Notes: generated from the sequence alone by a model not told the origin. Positions 1-10,544 are shown, numbered from the stretch's first letter. The stretch is DNA of 64,000 bases from Candidatus Omnitrophota bacterium (GCA_018830005.1 JAHJTE010000001.1:1332-65331); one strand, 5' to 3'. A program made the numbers and translations.

Positions 1-425
1 TTAATCAATACCTGGTCTTTAATCTCTGCTGTGTCAAATTCAATATCTTTATATATCAAATCTTTTATTTTAATTTTTCGATTCTGGACTACCCTATAGA
101 TTATCGCCTTGCCTTTCACGTTTTCCTTAGTGCTTTCCTGTTCATAGGCTAGGCCTTTATCTAACAACTTCTGTGCATGTTCTTTATATAACTTTGAGCG
201 CTTACTTTGATAATATTCCTCCTGCCAATCCATACCCAGCCACTTAAGGGATGTTAAGATTTCATCCAGGTACTCTTTTTTACTTCTGTTAATATCCGTA
301 TCTTCGATACGCAAGATGAATATTCCATTATTGGCTTTAGCAAAAAGCCAATTAAATATAGCAGTGCGCGCACCACCAATATGCAGATTTCCTGTTGGAC
401 TGGGAGCAAAACGTACTCTAACCAT
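1..425 (-). CDS. gltX: Glutamate--tRNA ligase, N-terminal part (runs off window)
   Basis: Manual translation from ATG at 425: [22 protein letters not shown]...ILRIEDTD, class I HIGH motif; start overlaps the upstream stop. Not in ORF track. Confidence 0.93.
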   Translation of the reverse strand, partial: MVRVRFAPSPTGNLHIGGARTAIFNWLFAKANNGIFILRIEDTDINRSKKEYLDEILTSLKWLGMDWQEEYYQSKRSKLYKEHAQKLLDKGLAYEQESTKENVKGKAIIYRVVQNRKIKIKDLIYKDIEFDTAEIKDQVLI

Positions 426-948
426 TGTATCCTAGCTCAAATGCCTTCTTATTGATCTGGAAAAGTTTAGGATTAACAGCCTTGGCCATCTCAGATAATG
501 TATCTATTAGGGTGTGTTTGGCTATGAGTTTGCGCTGAGATAAATACGCACCCAAGGCAACTATATTTGCAACCTTGATGTTTCCCAAATCAAGTGCTAT
601 TTGTGTTGCTGCTATTTTAACCATCTTAATCTTCTTTGCTGGCTTTGGTACCTTTGCTAAAGAGGTATTCACAACTAAAAGTCCACCCTCTGTTAAGGCT
701 GGCAAAAACTTCATAAGCGAGGGTTGATTCATCACAATAAGCGCATCGGCACAAGCAAAGTAAGGAGAGCCTATTTTTGTCTCACTTATGGTTAGCATGC
801 ACCTTGCTGTGCCTCCTCGCACCTCTGCTCCGTAAGATGGAAGCCAGGTTATATATCTGCCGTTGATCATTGCTGCCTGGGCCAGGACTTTAGCCATAAG
901 CATTATACCCTGACCGCCTGCTCCTGCGAAGATTATGTGTTCAGTCAT
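418..948 (-). CDS. 2-oxoacid:ferredoxin oxidoreductase gamma subunit
   Basis: FAGAGGQG and [12 protein letters not shown] motifs; operon context. Confidence 0.92.
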   Translation of the reverse strand: MTEHIIFAGAGGQGIMLMAKVLAQAAMINGRYITWLPSYGAEVRGGTARCMLTISETKIGSPYFACADALIVMNQPSLMKFLPALTEGGLLVVNTSLAKVPKPAKKIKMVKIAATQIALDLGNIKVANIVALGAYLSQRKLIAKHTLIDTLSEMAKAVNPKLFQINKKAFELGYNG

Positions 949-960
949 TGCTTTACCTTC

Positions 961-1692
961 TCACTTTATCCTGCCCAAAGGATACACCTTCACTATCTCT
1001 TCCTCTATCCAACGCAGGCTCTCCAGAGGTGTCTTTCCCCAATAGGTTGGACAGGGGCTCAAAATTTCAACAAGGCCAAAGCCTTTATTTTCAAGTTGAT
1101 TAGAGAAGGCGTTCTTGATTGCCCGTTTTACATTATGTATAGAACGAACTGTGGTAATTGCAGTGCGTTCTAAATATGATACCTGACTTAATTGAGCAAG
1201 CATCTCCAATAACTTTAAAGGCGGACCTTCCCCGGAACTTAAATTCCTGCCAAGGGGCGTAGTAGCAGTCCTCTGTCCCAGTAAAGTAGTTGGTGCCATC
1301 TGACCGCCCGTCATTCCATACACAGCATTATTAACAAAAATAACGGTTATATTTTCTCCTCTATTGGCAGTATGTATAGTTTCGGCAGTGCCAATAGCTG
1401 CTAAATCACCGTCTCCCTGATAGGTGAAGACTACTTTTTCAGGCTGTGTCCGTTTTAACCCTGTAGCAACTGCCGTCGCCCTTCCATGAGCTGCCTCGGC
1501 AGTATCCAGTTTCCAATAATCATAAGCAATAACCGCGCAACCAACAGGAGCAACAGCAATGGTTTTGTCTCTTATACCAAGTTCATCAATCACCTGGCAT
1601 ATTAATTTATGTATTAAGCCATGTCCGCAACCAGGACAGTAATGGGTTTTTACTTTGCGTAGCGATTCCGGATGAGAATATATCTTTTTCAT
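961..1692 (-). CDS. 2-oxoacid:ferredoxin oxidoreductase beta (TPP-binding) subunit
   Basis: YCPGCGH, GDGD...NN TPP motif, YGMTGGQMAPTT. Confidence 0.93.
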   Translation of the reverse strand: MKKIYSHPESLRKVKTHYCPGCGHGLIHKLICQVIDELGIRDKTIAVAPVGCAVIAYDYWKLDTAEAAHGRATAVATGLKRTQPEKVVFTYQGDGDLAAIGTAETIHTANRGENITVIFVNNAVYGMTGGQMAPTTLLGQRTATTPLGRNLSSGEGPPLKLLEMLAQLSQVSYLERTAITTVRSIHNVKRAIKNAFSNQLENKGFGLVEILSPCPTYWGKTPLESLRWIEEEIVKVYPLGRIK

Positions 1693-1699
1693 GAATTTT

Positions 1700-2773
1700 C
1701 TATTTGTTATAAATAGTTTTTATCTTATGTGCTATCTCTTCTTGCGTTGGGATGCCTCCGCCTGTACGACCCAGGAAATCCACGCTACATCTAGCATCAA
1801 CTGCAAGTCTAACATCTTCTAGCATCTGCCCGGCGCTCATCTCAATAACCAGCACCTTTTTATTATTAGAGGCGTCTTTTATCTCCTTTGTAGGAAACGG
1901 CCAGAGACTTATTGGACGCAATAGGCCTAACCTTAAACCTTGTTTTCTTAAACTCCTGACCACGTCCTCTAGGATCCTGGCCATAATACCATAACTTACT
2001 ATTAAAAGTTTACTATCATTCAGAAAAGCGGCTTGATAGCGCACTTCTTTTTTCTGAATCTCTTTATATTTTCTCTGTAATTTTTTGTTAATCTCTTCTA
2101 ATGCGCCTTCTTTTAAAAATAGGGAACGAATTATATTAGGCCTTCTATTTTTAGCCCCCCTCAAGGCCCAGGATTTTTTAATTTTGATAGTCTTTAGTGC
2201 GTAGTGCTCAGCATTTAGATCTACTTGTTCCATCATTTGACCTAACATCCCGTCGGCTAAAATAATTACCGGCATCCTGTATTTATCAGCCAAATCAAAA
2301 GAGAGCTGTGCCAACTCATACGCCTCTTGCACATTAGAAGGTGCTAAGACAATCGAATGATAATCGCCGTGACCACCGCCTTTGACCGCCTGAAAATAAT
2401 CTGACTGGCTGGGAGCAATATTGCCTAAACCCGGTCCGCCGCGCATAACATTTACGATTACTGCTGGTAGCATGCATCCAGCCAGATAGGATATGCCTTC
2501 TTGTTTAAGGCTAATACCCGGGCTTGAAGAACTCGTCATCGCCCGTTTTCCGGCACAGCTTGCCCCAAATACCATATTAATCGCTGCGATTTCGCTTTCT
2601 GCCTGTATAAATATACCCTTAACTTGGGGCATCCTCCTGGAAAAATAAGCAGGTATCTCATTCTGAGGCGTAATCGGATAACCAGCATAGAAACGACAGC
2701 CAGCTAGAATAGCGCCTTCAGCAAATGCCTCATTCCCGCTCATCAATATTTTTTTTGGCTTTTTTGGACTCAT
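1700..2773 (-). CDS. 2-oxoacid:ferredoxin oxidoreductase alpha subunit (VorB-like)
   Basis: GYPITPQ, QAESEIAA, TSSSSPGISLKQE, RGGPGLG motifs. Confidence 0.93.
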   Translation of the reverse strand: MSPKKPKKILMSGNEAFAEGAILAGCRFYAGYPITPQNEIPAYFSRRMPQVKGIFIQAESEIAAINMVFGASCAGKRAMTSSSSPGISLKQEGISYLAGCMLPAVIVNVMRGGPGLGNIAPSQSDYFQAVKGGGHGDYHSIVLAPSNVQEAYELAQLSFDLADKYRMPVIILADGMLGQMMEQVDLNAEHYALKTIKIKKSWALRGAKNRRPNIIRSLFLKEGALEEINKKLQRKYKEIQKKEVRYQAAFLNDSKLLIVSYGIMARILEDVVRSLRKQGLRLGLLRPISLWPFPTKEIKDASNNKKVLVIEMSAGQMLEDVRLAVDARCSVDFLGRTGGGIPTQEEIAHKIKTIYNK

Positions 2774-2778
2774 CGGAT

Positions 2779-2994
2779 TTATTTATATACCTCTATTGCC
2801 GCCTCCGGACAGATAATCGCACAGGCGCAACATCCTGTACAGGCCTTGCCTTTTTTCTCTAGGAATACCACAGGCTTATAGCCTACTTTATTTAGCGAAT
2901 GGCCTTTCTTTATATGTCCAAAAGGACAAAATACTATACACAGATTACATGCCTTACAACGTTTGCTATCAATCTTTATCTTTGCCATATGCAA
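2779..2994 (-). CDS. 2x[4Fe-4S] ferredoxin (oxidoreductase delta subunit)
   Basis: Two CxxCxxCxxxCP motifs; start probably the second Met. Confidence 0.92.
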   Translation of the reverse strand: MHMAKIKIDSKRCKACNLCIVFCPFGHIKKGHSLNKVGYKPVVFLEKKGKACTGCCACAIICPEAAIEVYK

Positions 2995-3046
2995 AAAGTT
3001 AGAGAATTATTGAGCTAGAACATATGTACCTATTTTTTATTTTTAT

Positions 3047-3553
3047 TTAACTTATGTCCACTCTTTTAATTCCCAGAATTCTAGAGAGGCGAATTAAAGT
3101 GAACATTGTGATATTTTTCTTTCCTTCTTCAACTCTGGAGATATCTGGTTGTTTCATACCTATTCTAAAAGCCAGTTGTTTTTGACTTAACCCTTTCTCG
3201 ACTCTTGCCTCTTTAATCAGTTTGCCGAATTCCCGAAAAAAAGCCGGAGTTTTTCCCTCAGCTCTTTTTTGTTTGTGTTGATACTCATCTAAAAGTTGTT
3301 CATATATTGTCTCCCACCAGTCTCTAAATTCCGATTGCCGTATACGTTTTACCCAGTAGACTCTAATCTTCGGCCATATTTTCACAAACTCTTTCTTGCT
3401 AATAACCGAAAAAAGCTCTTTCGGCTTATCACAACGCGATAAAAAAGTAGCCATTCGCATGGTAAATTTAGGGTGCTGAGAATTTTTTAGGATTTTTTTA
3501 GTTTCTCTTAGAGCCCCTTCTTTCAAATCCCAAAAGTATTTTGCAATAATCAT
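3047..3553 (-). CDS. Putative antitoxin/regulator with C-terminal XRE HTH
   Basis: LIKEARVEKGLSQKQLA...QPDISRVEEG is an XRE HTH; N-terminal YFWD segment; ATGA overlap with upstream toxin. Confidence 0.8.
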   Translation of the reverse strand: MIIAKYFWDLKEGALRETKKILKNSQHPKFTMRMATFLSRCDKPKELFSVISKKEFVKIWPKIRVYWVKRIRQSEFRDWWETIYEQLLDEYQHKQKRAEGKTPAFFREFGKLIKEARVEKGLSQKQLAFRIGMKQPDISRVEEGKKNITMFTLIRLSRILGIKRVDIS

Positions 3554-4260
3554 TCGATAACCTCTCTCATAAATTCTTTTATCTCATTCTCCAAATAAAT
3601 AATCATTTCCCTAGAGTTAAATTTCTTATCATAAATATCCATATCGATAAGTGCGAGCTTAAGATCTTGCCGAGAAAATGTTCGATACCAATGAATCATT
3701 CCTCTTTGTAATTGCGAAGAGACGTTCCGCAGGAATATATGCAATGGCTGTATGTTCTTTGAAAGCATATAAACATCAAACACATCACGCCCCTCCTTGC
3801 GACCTTCTATGATTTGCCTGCCTATCTCATCTATTTCAGGCCGAATCCCAGAAATGGCAATAATTTTCTGTAAATAGATATTTTCTACGCTATAAACACG
3901 GACTCCTTCAATTTTTCGTATCGCAGGATCTTGAAAAATAACATCTTCAACAAAATCAATCTTTAATGGTCTGCTAGAGCCCTTAACAGGTATAGTATAA
4001 AAACGAACCTTGGCCTTTCCGCCTGCCACAAACTCAGATTCCAAGTGTATCCTTTTATCTATATCTTTTCCAAATGCAGAGACCAAGTTATTTATTTCTG
4101 AAACCTCATATTTGTGTGAAAAGAAATCCAAATCTGCGGAAAAACGATGGTGTAAATAATACAATTCAAGGGCAGTGCCACCGGCAAGCCCAAAGTCATT
4201 AGCTTTCTTTGAAAAGACCTTTAAAATTTGATTCTGTGCTTTTCTGATTTTAGGATTCAT
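3550..4260 (-). CDS. AbiEii/DUF1814-type nucleotidyltransferase toxin
   Basis: LAGGTAL...HRFSADLDF and C-terminal K...RDVFD motifs of the Pol-beta-like AbiEii family. Confidence 0.87.
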   Translation of the reverse strand: MNPKIRKAQNQILKVFSKKANDFGLAGGTALELYYLHHRFSADLDFFSHKYEVSEINNLVSAFGKDIDKRIHLESEFVAGGKAKVRFYTIPVKGSSRPLKIDFVEDVIFQDPAIRKIEGVRVYSVENIYLQKIIAISGIRPEIDEIGRQIIEGRKEGRDVFDVYMLSKNIQPLHIFLRNVSSQLQRGMIHWYRTFSRQDLKLALIDMDIYDKKFNSREMIIYLENEIKEFMREVIE

Positions 4261-4273
4261 TTGGTTCTCAATA

Positions 4274-4317
4274 AATATAGGTTATAATCTATATATATAT
4301 AGATTATAACCTATATT
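4274..4317. promoter_or_regulatory. Perfect 44-bp palindrome, probable operator of the toxin-antitoxin pair
   Basis: AATATAGGTTATAATCTATATA|TATATAGATTATAACCTATATT; contains TATAAT on both strands; 13 bp from the toxin ATG. Confidence 0.75.
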
Positions 4318-4334
4318 AAATATGTGTCAACTAT

Positions 4335-4358
4335 TTTCACAACTTATAAGTTGTGAAA
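4335..4358. promoter_or_regulatory. Perfect 24-bp palindrome (second operator or dxs terminator)
   Basis: TTTCACAACTTA|TAAGTTGTGAAA. Confidence 0.6.
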
Positions 4359-4440
4359 TAGCTGTTTTTGTACAATCAAGGTATTGAATAGCGGGGATTA
4401 ACCAGCCTAGCATCAAGAAGAAAGATCTGTTGTGCCACTT

Positions 4441-6306
4441 TTATATTTTATGTCTTATTTCACTTATCGTCTTGGCTATTTTCTCCGGACTCAATCCAAA
4501 TTTATCCAGCAAAACAGAGCGTGGGCCATGCTGTATGAAATCAAGCGGCAGACCCAAACATGTTACCTTGGCCTCTTCTCCTATTATATTTTTGACTCCC
4601 AAGCCAAAACCGCCATCAAGAATGCCCTCTTCAACTGTAATAATATGCTTGCTCTTTTTGGCTAAATCTTTATAAAAATCTTCCTGCAAGGGCTTTGCGC
4701 AACGTGCATTGATAAGGCCGATATCTTTGGCCTTGGGACCTAAAATCTTTATGGCCTCAAATGCCGGCTGTACCATGCTTCCCAGGGCCAGGATAGAAAC
4801 ATCTCCTGGCCTTTTTAAAACTTGAGGCCCTGCTATATTAGAGGTATCCTGAAACTCTTCAGGAAAATTAAAAACATCTGATTTTGGATAGCGAATAGCA
4901 ACAGGACAAGACTGACTAAAGGCAAACTCCAACATTGCCTCTAATTCTAGCCCATCCTTTGGTGCTAAAACAATAATATTGGGTATGGTCCTGAGAAAAG
5001 CAATGTCAAAGATGCCTTGATGCGTTACGCCATCTGAACCCACAATACCAGCGCGGTCAACGGCAAGTACCACGTTTAAATTTTGCAATGCCAGATCAAT
5101 GATAATCTGGTCATAAGAGCGCTGTAAAAAGGTAGAGTAAACAGCTACAACCGGCTTTATGCCTTTAGCAGAAAGCCCTGCGGCAAATGAAACAGCATGC
5201 TGTTCAGCTATGCCAACGTCAAAAAAACGACTCGGAAATTCTTTGCTGAATTTATCCAATCCTGTCCCCTCAGGCATTGCTGCAGTAATGGCTACGATTG
5301 ATTTATCCTTAGAGGCAAGTTGAATGAGCTTATTACTAAAGACCTCTGTAAATGTATGTTTTTTTGAAACAGAATTAGGGAGCGGTCTGCCATTCTGTTT
5401 ATTAAATTTATGGGCGCTATGAAATTTTTCTGGTTGGGCCTCTGCAGGAGCAAAGCCCTTGCCTTTTTTAGTCATTACATGCAAAAGCAGGGGGCCTTCA
5501 ACCTCTTTTAAATTATTCAGGGTTTGGATTAATTGTTCTAGATTATGGCCGTCCAAAGGACCAAAATAACGAAAGCCAAGTTCTTCAAAAAATATTCCCG
5601 GAACAATAAGGCCTTTTAATATCTCTTCAAAATGTAAAGACAACTTTACCAGGCGCGGGCCAATATGAGGGATGCGTAAACTTATAAATTTTTCAAGCGC
5701 AGATTTAAAACGATTATAAATAGGACGGGAAATTATTTTGTTTAGATAACCACTTAATGCTCCCACCGCCGGAGAAATACTCATCTCATTCGTATTTAAT
5801 ATTACTAGTAAATCTTTCTTTAAATGACCCGCATTATTTAAGGCCTCAAAGCACATACCGCCGCTTAGAGAACCATCGCCAATTATGGCGATTGTTTTTT
5901 CTTTGCCTTTTTTTAAGTCCCTGGCAGCAGCATAGCCTAATGCAAGAGAAACTGCTGTTGAACTATGCCCAACGCTAAATACATCATAAACAGATTCTCC
6001 CCGTAAAGGAAAACCGCTAATCCCTTCATACTGCCGCAGGCTAGAAAATTTATCTCTTCTTCCAGTGATAATTTTATGGGCGTAACACTGGTGGCCGACA
6101 TCCCAAACAATGACATCTTCTGGCGCCTGAAAGCAATAATGCAAGGCAATGGTCAACTCCACCACCCCTAGACTGCTTGCAAGATGCCCACCAGAAGAAG
6201 AAACAGCATCAATAATAATGCGGCGTATCTCGCTGGCTAAAATTGGCAGTTTCACACGTGGGATTTTCTTCAAATCCTCTGGGCTATTAACGGTCTCGAT
6301 TAACAT
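4441..6306 (-). CDS. dxs: 1-deoxy-D-xylulose-5-phosphate synthase
   Basis: GGHLASSLG, WDVGHQ, GDGSLSGGM, FDVGIAEQHAV, DRAG motifs. Confidence 0.97.
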   Translation of the reverse strand: MLIETVNSPEDLKKIPRVKLPILASEIRRIIIDAVSSSGGHLASSLGVVELTIALHYCFQAPEDVIVWDVGHQCYAHKIITGRRDKFSSLRQYEGISGFPLRGESVYDVFSVGHSSTAVSLALGYAAARDLKKGKEKTIAIIGDGSLSGGMCFEALNNAGHLKKDLLVILNTNEMSISPAVGALSGYLNKIISRPIYNRFKSALEKFISLRIPHIGPRLVKLSLHFEEILKGLIVPGIFFEELGFRYFGPLDGHNLEQLIQTLNNLKEVEGPLLLHVMTKKGKGFAPAEAQPEKFHSAHKFNKQNGRPLPNSVSKKHTFTEVFSNKLIQLASKDKSIVAITAAMPEGTGLDKFSKEFPSRFFDVGIAEQHAVSFAAGLSAKGIKPVVAVYSTFLQRSYDQIIIDLALQNLNVVLAVDRAGIVGSDGVTHQGIFDIAFLRTIPNIIVLAPKDGLELEAMLEFAFSQSCPVAIRYPKSDVFNFPEEFQDTSNIAGPQVLKRPGDVSILALGSMVQPAFEAIKILGPKAKDIGLINARCAKPLQEDFYKDLAKKSKHIITVEEGILDGGFGLGVKNIIGEEAKVTCLGLPLDFIQHGPRSVLLDKFGLSPEKIAKTISEIRHKI

Positions 6307-6312
6307 ATTATC

Positions 6313-6537
6313 CTAGCGCAGAAAAGGCCTTACCTTTAGCTTGCCCTTCTCTTCTCCAACTACCTGTTCCACCTTGATTTTTACTGATTGTAATTGCTGC
6401 AGGCATTCTTGTGCAAGACGAGAACCAACCTTAAATTTCTTAATCGCCTCTTCCAGGCCCAAGGAGCCAGCCTCCAACTCCTGGACAATATCTTCTAATT
6501 TTTCAAATGCCTGCTCAAAGTCAAATTGCTTTGTCAT
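6313..6537 (-). CDS. xseB: Exodeoxyribonuclease VII small subunit
   Basis: FEQAFEKLEDIVQELE...LEEAIKKF; adjacent to xseA. Confidence 0.93.
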   Translation of the reverse strand: MTKQFDFEQAFEKLEDIVQELEAGSLGLEEAIKKFKVGSRLAQECLQQLQSVKIKVEQVVGEEKGKLKVRPFLR

Positions 6538-6544
6538 AACGCGT

Positions 6545-7699
6545 TTAACCTCTGTTTGATTTATTTTTTAGGACACTCTCCAGTTTTCCTCGCGAAAGAA
6601 TCGTCACCAATTCTGTCCCAACCATTACATCCTTGATATCCCTAATCACCTTATGATTCCTTTTATTAAAAGTAATACTGTATCCTCGCCTTAGAACATC
6701 TAGGGGGCTTAAGGCCTTGAACCTGTCTAGGAACCCTCTTGCCTTGGCAGTTTTTAGTTCTACCATCTGATTCAAACTCCTCCCTAGAGAAACAAGCAAA
6801 TCATCAAGACGCTGTTGATAATCCGGTATAAGCCTGTGCATGTATTGCTCTAGGCGTATTATCAACTCCTTTAATCTATCCTGCAGATTATCGCGAGATG
6901 GAATAATCAATTCTATTGCTGCCGAAGGGGTTGGTGCGCGCAAATCAGCAACAAAGTCTGCTATTGTCCAATCTACCTCGTGCCCTACAGCGCTAACAAC
7001 AGGAATCCGCGAGGAAAAAACAGCACGCGCTAGGACCTCTTCATTAAACGCCCAGAGATCTTCAAGACTACCACCGCCACGGGCAAGCAGCAGGCAATCA
7101 AAGTTGGCGTGTTTGTTTGCGAGCTTAACTGCTTGCGCTATCTCCCCTGCCGCCCCTTCTCCTTGCACCCGCACAGGAAAAAGCGTTGCCTGAATCAACA
7201 TTGCCCTTCGTTTTAGAACAGTAAGCATATCGTGTATAACTGCTCCAGAAGAAGAAGTAATAATTGCTATTCTTTTGGGAAGAGGTGGTATAGACCTTTT
7301 GCGTGCTTGATCAAAAAAACCTTCCCTGGCAAGCTTCTGTTTTAACTGCTGAAAGGCAAGTTCTAGACTGCCTAAGCCTTTTGGCTCAACGCATCTTGCA
7401 CATAACTGATAGTTTCCGCCCCTCTCATATACCCTCACGCTCCCGAAACAGAGAATCTGCATACCATCTTTAAGTTGGAATTTAGGTGACCTGTTATAGT
7501 CTCTAAAAAATACAGTGCGAATCTGGGAATGAGAATCTTTGAGGGTAAAATAGATATGTCCTGATGCAGGCCGGCTTAAATTCGAAACCTCACCTACAAC
7601 CCAAACATCTGGCAAGGAATTTTCCAGTACTGTCTTTATGTCCTGGGTTAACTCTTCTACGGTTAGAACCCGTCTTTTCCCTATTGTTTCTGAAGGCAT
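6545..7699 (-). CDS. xseA: Exodeoxyribonuclease VII large subunit
   Basis: SGHIYFTLKD, ARGGGSLEDLWAFN, SAVGHEVD, RAPTPSAA. Confidence 0.96.
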   Translation of the reverse strand: MPSETIGKRRVLTVEELTQDIKTVLENSLPDVWVVGEVSNLSRPASGHIYFTLKDSHSQIRTVFFRDYNRSPKFQLKDGMQILCFGSVRVYERGGNYQLCARCVEPKGLGSLELAFQQLKQKLAREGFFDQARKRSIPPLPKRIAIITSSSGAVIHDMLTVLKRRAMLIQATLFPVRVQGEGAAGEIAQAVKLANKHANFDCLLLARGGGSLEDLWAFNEEVLARAVFSSRIPVVSAVGHEVDWTIADFVADLRAPTPSAAIELIIPSRDNLQDRLKELIIRLEQYMHRLIPDYQQRLDDLLVSLGRSLNQMVELKTAKARGFLDRFKALSPLDVLRRGYSITFNKRNHKVIRDIKDVMVGTELVTILSRGKLESVLKNKSNRG

Positions 7700-8043
7700 T
7701 TATTTACTATCGCTTCAATTCTGGCAACATCTTTTGCATCTAGCTTTTTAAATTCAATACCTGTATCAAAAAATCCCGGTCTCTCTTTTTTAATCTCATG
7801 ACGTCTTACCACCCAGACAACCGTTCCTACGGTTTTAATCGGGGGTTGGCTATCCTTGATATCAAGTTCCAAGGATACGTCAGAAAATAAACCAAGGCCT
7901 TTTTCTAATACAGTGCATATGCCTCCGCAGCCGACGTTCTCCGTATTTGATACAAGGGTCTCCTTACCTTTTTTCTTGCTGATTTTAATCTGGCAAGGGT
8001 AATCAGCCCGCGGGAATCTGCGACGATTTATTCCATCCCACAT
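7681..8043 (-). CDS. Single-domain PilZ protein
   Basis: RRRFPR (RxxxR) and NVGCGG (variant D/NxSxxG) motifs; GxVVW and GIEF strands. Confidence 0.85.
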   Translation of the reverse strand: MWDGINRRRFPRADYPCQIKISKKKGKETLVSNTENVGCGGICTVLEKGLGLFSDVSLELDIKDSQPPIKTVGTVVWVVRRHEIKKERPGFFDTGIEFKKLDAKDVARIEAIVNKCLQKQ

Positions 8044-8076
8044 AACACACCTCCTCTTAATGTTAATGAGCCCACC

Positions 8077-8856
8077 TTAGGCGGACGCTTTTCTCTTTAT
8101 TCTCTTAATCTTTCGCGCCTGACCTGATTTCTCGTCAATATCAACTAAGACTCCCTGCAATTGTTCATCGCCTCTGGCTAACTCAAAACGCGTAGGTATA
8201 CTACTTAAGAAACGTTCAATAATCTGCTCTTTATTTCTGCCAATAACAGAAGCGCAAGAACCGGTCATGCCTACATCGCTTATATAGGCTGTTTTAGCTG
8301 GTAAGATATTTTCATCGGCAGTCTGAACGTGGGTGTGCGTTCCTAAGACTGCGCTCACCTTACCGTCTAAGAACCAACCCAAGGCTATCTTTTCACTCGT
8401 TGCCTCAGCGTGCATATCAACAATTATAATCTTTACTTTTGGATCAATACCAGTCAAAAGAGATCTGACTACCCTGAATGGACAATCTATAGGGTTCATA
8501 AATACCCGGCCTTCTAAATTTATAACAGCTATTTTTTCATTTTTCACTGTGATCACGATGAGACCTTTTCCAGGAACATTTTCAGGTAGATTCGCAGGAC
8601 GCAAAATTCTAGGATGGTCAATAACGCTAAAAGACTCACGTCTCTTAAAGATATGATCGCCACTTGTCAATACATCTATGCCTTGCGAAAATAGCTCATC
8701 GGCAACAGCTACAGTAATACCTGAGCCACCAGCAGCATTTTCAGCATTTGCAATAACTACGTCAATTTTAAACTCTGTCTTTAGACCTGGCAGGAGACCA
8801 GCTATGGTTTCTCTTCCGGGTTTTCCGACTATATCACCGATAAACAGAATCTTCAT
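8077..8856 (-). CDS. ymdB: YmdB-family metallophosphoesterase (TIGR00282)
   Basis: FIGDIVGKPG, NAENAAGG, DMHAEATSEK, GTHTHV; follows rny. Confidence 0.93.
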   Translation of the reverse strand: MKILFIGDIVGKPGRETIAGLLPGLKTEFKIDVVIANAENAAGGSGITVAVADELFSQGIDVLTSGDHIFKRRESFSVIDHPRILRPANLPENVPGKGLIVITVKNEKIAVINLEGRVFMNPIDCPFRVVRSLLTGIDPKVKIIIVDMHAEATSEKIALGWFLDGKVSAVLGTHTHVQTADENILPAKTAYISDVGMTGSCASVIGRNKEQIIERFLSSIPTRFELARGDEQLQGVLVDIDEKSGQARKIKRIKRKASA

Positions 8857-8915
8857 AATATAACTTAATTATACACAGATTAACACAGATACAAGCAATA
8901 AATATTGGCTAGTGT

Positions 8916-10487
8916 CTATTTAGCGTATTCTATGGCCCTTGTCTCTCTGATGACCGTAACCTTGACTTGACCTGGATATTCCATGCCCTCTTCTATTTTC
9001 TTGCGGATATCGCGAGCTAAAATCACGACATCAGAATCCTTAATCTTTTCTGGCTGAACAATAATCCTAACTTCTCGTCCAGCCTGAATAGCAAATGCCT
9101 TTTCTACGCCACTAAACAAATTAGCAATCGCCTCCAATTTCTCAAGGCGTTTAATATAAGTCTCAAGGGTTTCTCGGCGCGCACCAGGTCTTGCAGCGCT
9201 GATTGCGTCTGCAGCCGCAGCCAAGACTGAATAGAAAGAATTTAGCTCTACCTCTTCATGATGTGCGGCAATTGCACTAACCACATCCGGAGATTCGCCG
9301 TATTTCCTCGCAAGATCTGCGCCAATACCAGCATGGGTACCCTCTACATCCTGATCAATTGCCTTGCCGATATCATGAAGCAGGCCAATCTTACGTGCCA
9401 GTTTAAAATCTGCCCTTAATTCCGAGGCCATAACCCCCATAAGATAGGCGACCTCTTTAGAATGTTGCAAGGCGTTCTGGCCAAAGCTAGTACGATATTT
9501 CAATCTTCCGAGTAGTTTGATAATTTCAGGGTGTAGGCCGTGTACGCCAATATCAAAAGCAGCACGTTCGCCTTCTTCCCTGATGTTAACCTCCATTTCC
9601 TTCTTAACCTTATCCACCACCTCTTCAATCCTACCAGGATGAATGCGACCATCAACTATAAGTTTTTCTAAAGAAATACGAGCAATCTCCCTGCGTACAA
9701 CGTCAAAACCAGATAGTATCACTGCCTCTGGAGTATCATCAATAATAACGTCTATTCCAGTGGCCATTTCTAGGGCGCGGATATTTCGTCCTTCGCGGCC
9801 GATAATCCTACCCTTCATCTCATCGTTGGGCAGAGGGACAACGCTTACGGTAGATTCGCTTGTGTGATCTACAGACGTACGCTGGATAGATAAGGCTATT
9901 ATCTCCTGCGCCTTTTTAACCGCAGTCTCCCTAATCTGATCTTCCATATTCTTTATCAGTACGGCCTTTTCTACATTCAGTTCTTGCTCCATACGTGAAA
10001 GTAGCAGTTCTTTCGCCTGCTGAGGAGACAGAGAAGAGATTCTCTGCAGCATACCTTTTTCTTCGGCAATCAAAGATTCTAGATGCTGGGCTTTCTTGCT
10101 TAGATTGTCCTCTAAGGTATTAATGCTGTTCTGCTTATTTGCAATATCCTTTTCTTTTCTCTCCAGTAACTCTACACGCCTATCAAGGTTCTCTTCTTTC
10201 TGCAGCATTCTTTTTTCCATGTTGCTTAATTCCTGACGGCGTTCTTTGTTCTCGTTTTCAAAATCCATTCGTAAGCGGTAAAGTAAATCTTTGGATTCGA
10301 GCTGGGCTTCTTTATGAATATTAGAAGCCTTCTGCTTTGCTTCCTCCATTAACTGATTAGTCTTTTCGCGAGTGATGTTTAATCTGCGCTTGAGAAAAAA
10401 ACTAGAAATCAGATAACCTCCATAGGTGCTTACAACGATTATGGCCAAGGCCATAATCAATAGCATGATATTATTTGAACCTTCCAT
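8916..10487 (-). CDS. rny: Ribonuclease Y
   Basis: N-terminal TM, coiled coil, KH ([13 protein letters not shown]), HD (LLHDIGK). Confidence 0.97.
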   Translation of the reverse strand: MEGSNNIMLLIMALAIIVVSTYGGYLISSFFLKRRLNITREKTNQLMEEAKQKASNIHKEAQLESKDLLYRLRMDFENENKERRQELSNMEKRMLQKEENLDRRVELLERKEKDIANKQNSINTLEDNLSKKAQHLESLIAEEKGMLQRISSLSPQQAKELLLSRMEQELNVEKAVLIKNMEDQIRETAVKKAQEIIALSIQRTSVDHTSESTVSVVPLPNDEMKGRIIGREGRNIRALEMATGIDVIIDDTPEAVILSGFDVVRREIARISLEKLIVDGRIHPGRIEEVVDKVKKEMEVNIREEGERAAFDIGVHGLHPEIIKLLGRLKYRTSFGQNALQHSKEVAYLMGVMASELRADFKLARKIGLLHDIGKAIDQDVEGTHAGIGADLARKYGESPDVVSAIAAHHEEVELNSFYSVLAAAADAISAARPGARRETLETYIKRLEKLEAIANLFSGVEKAFAIQAGREVRIIVQPEKIKDSDVVILARDIRKKIEEGMEYPGQVKVTVIRETRAIEYAK

Positions 10488-10544
10488 GATTTATTTTTCC
10501 TCCACTTATTAGCAAAATTGCTACATAAACTTTGCCAAAAATTC

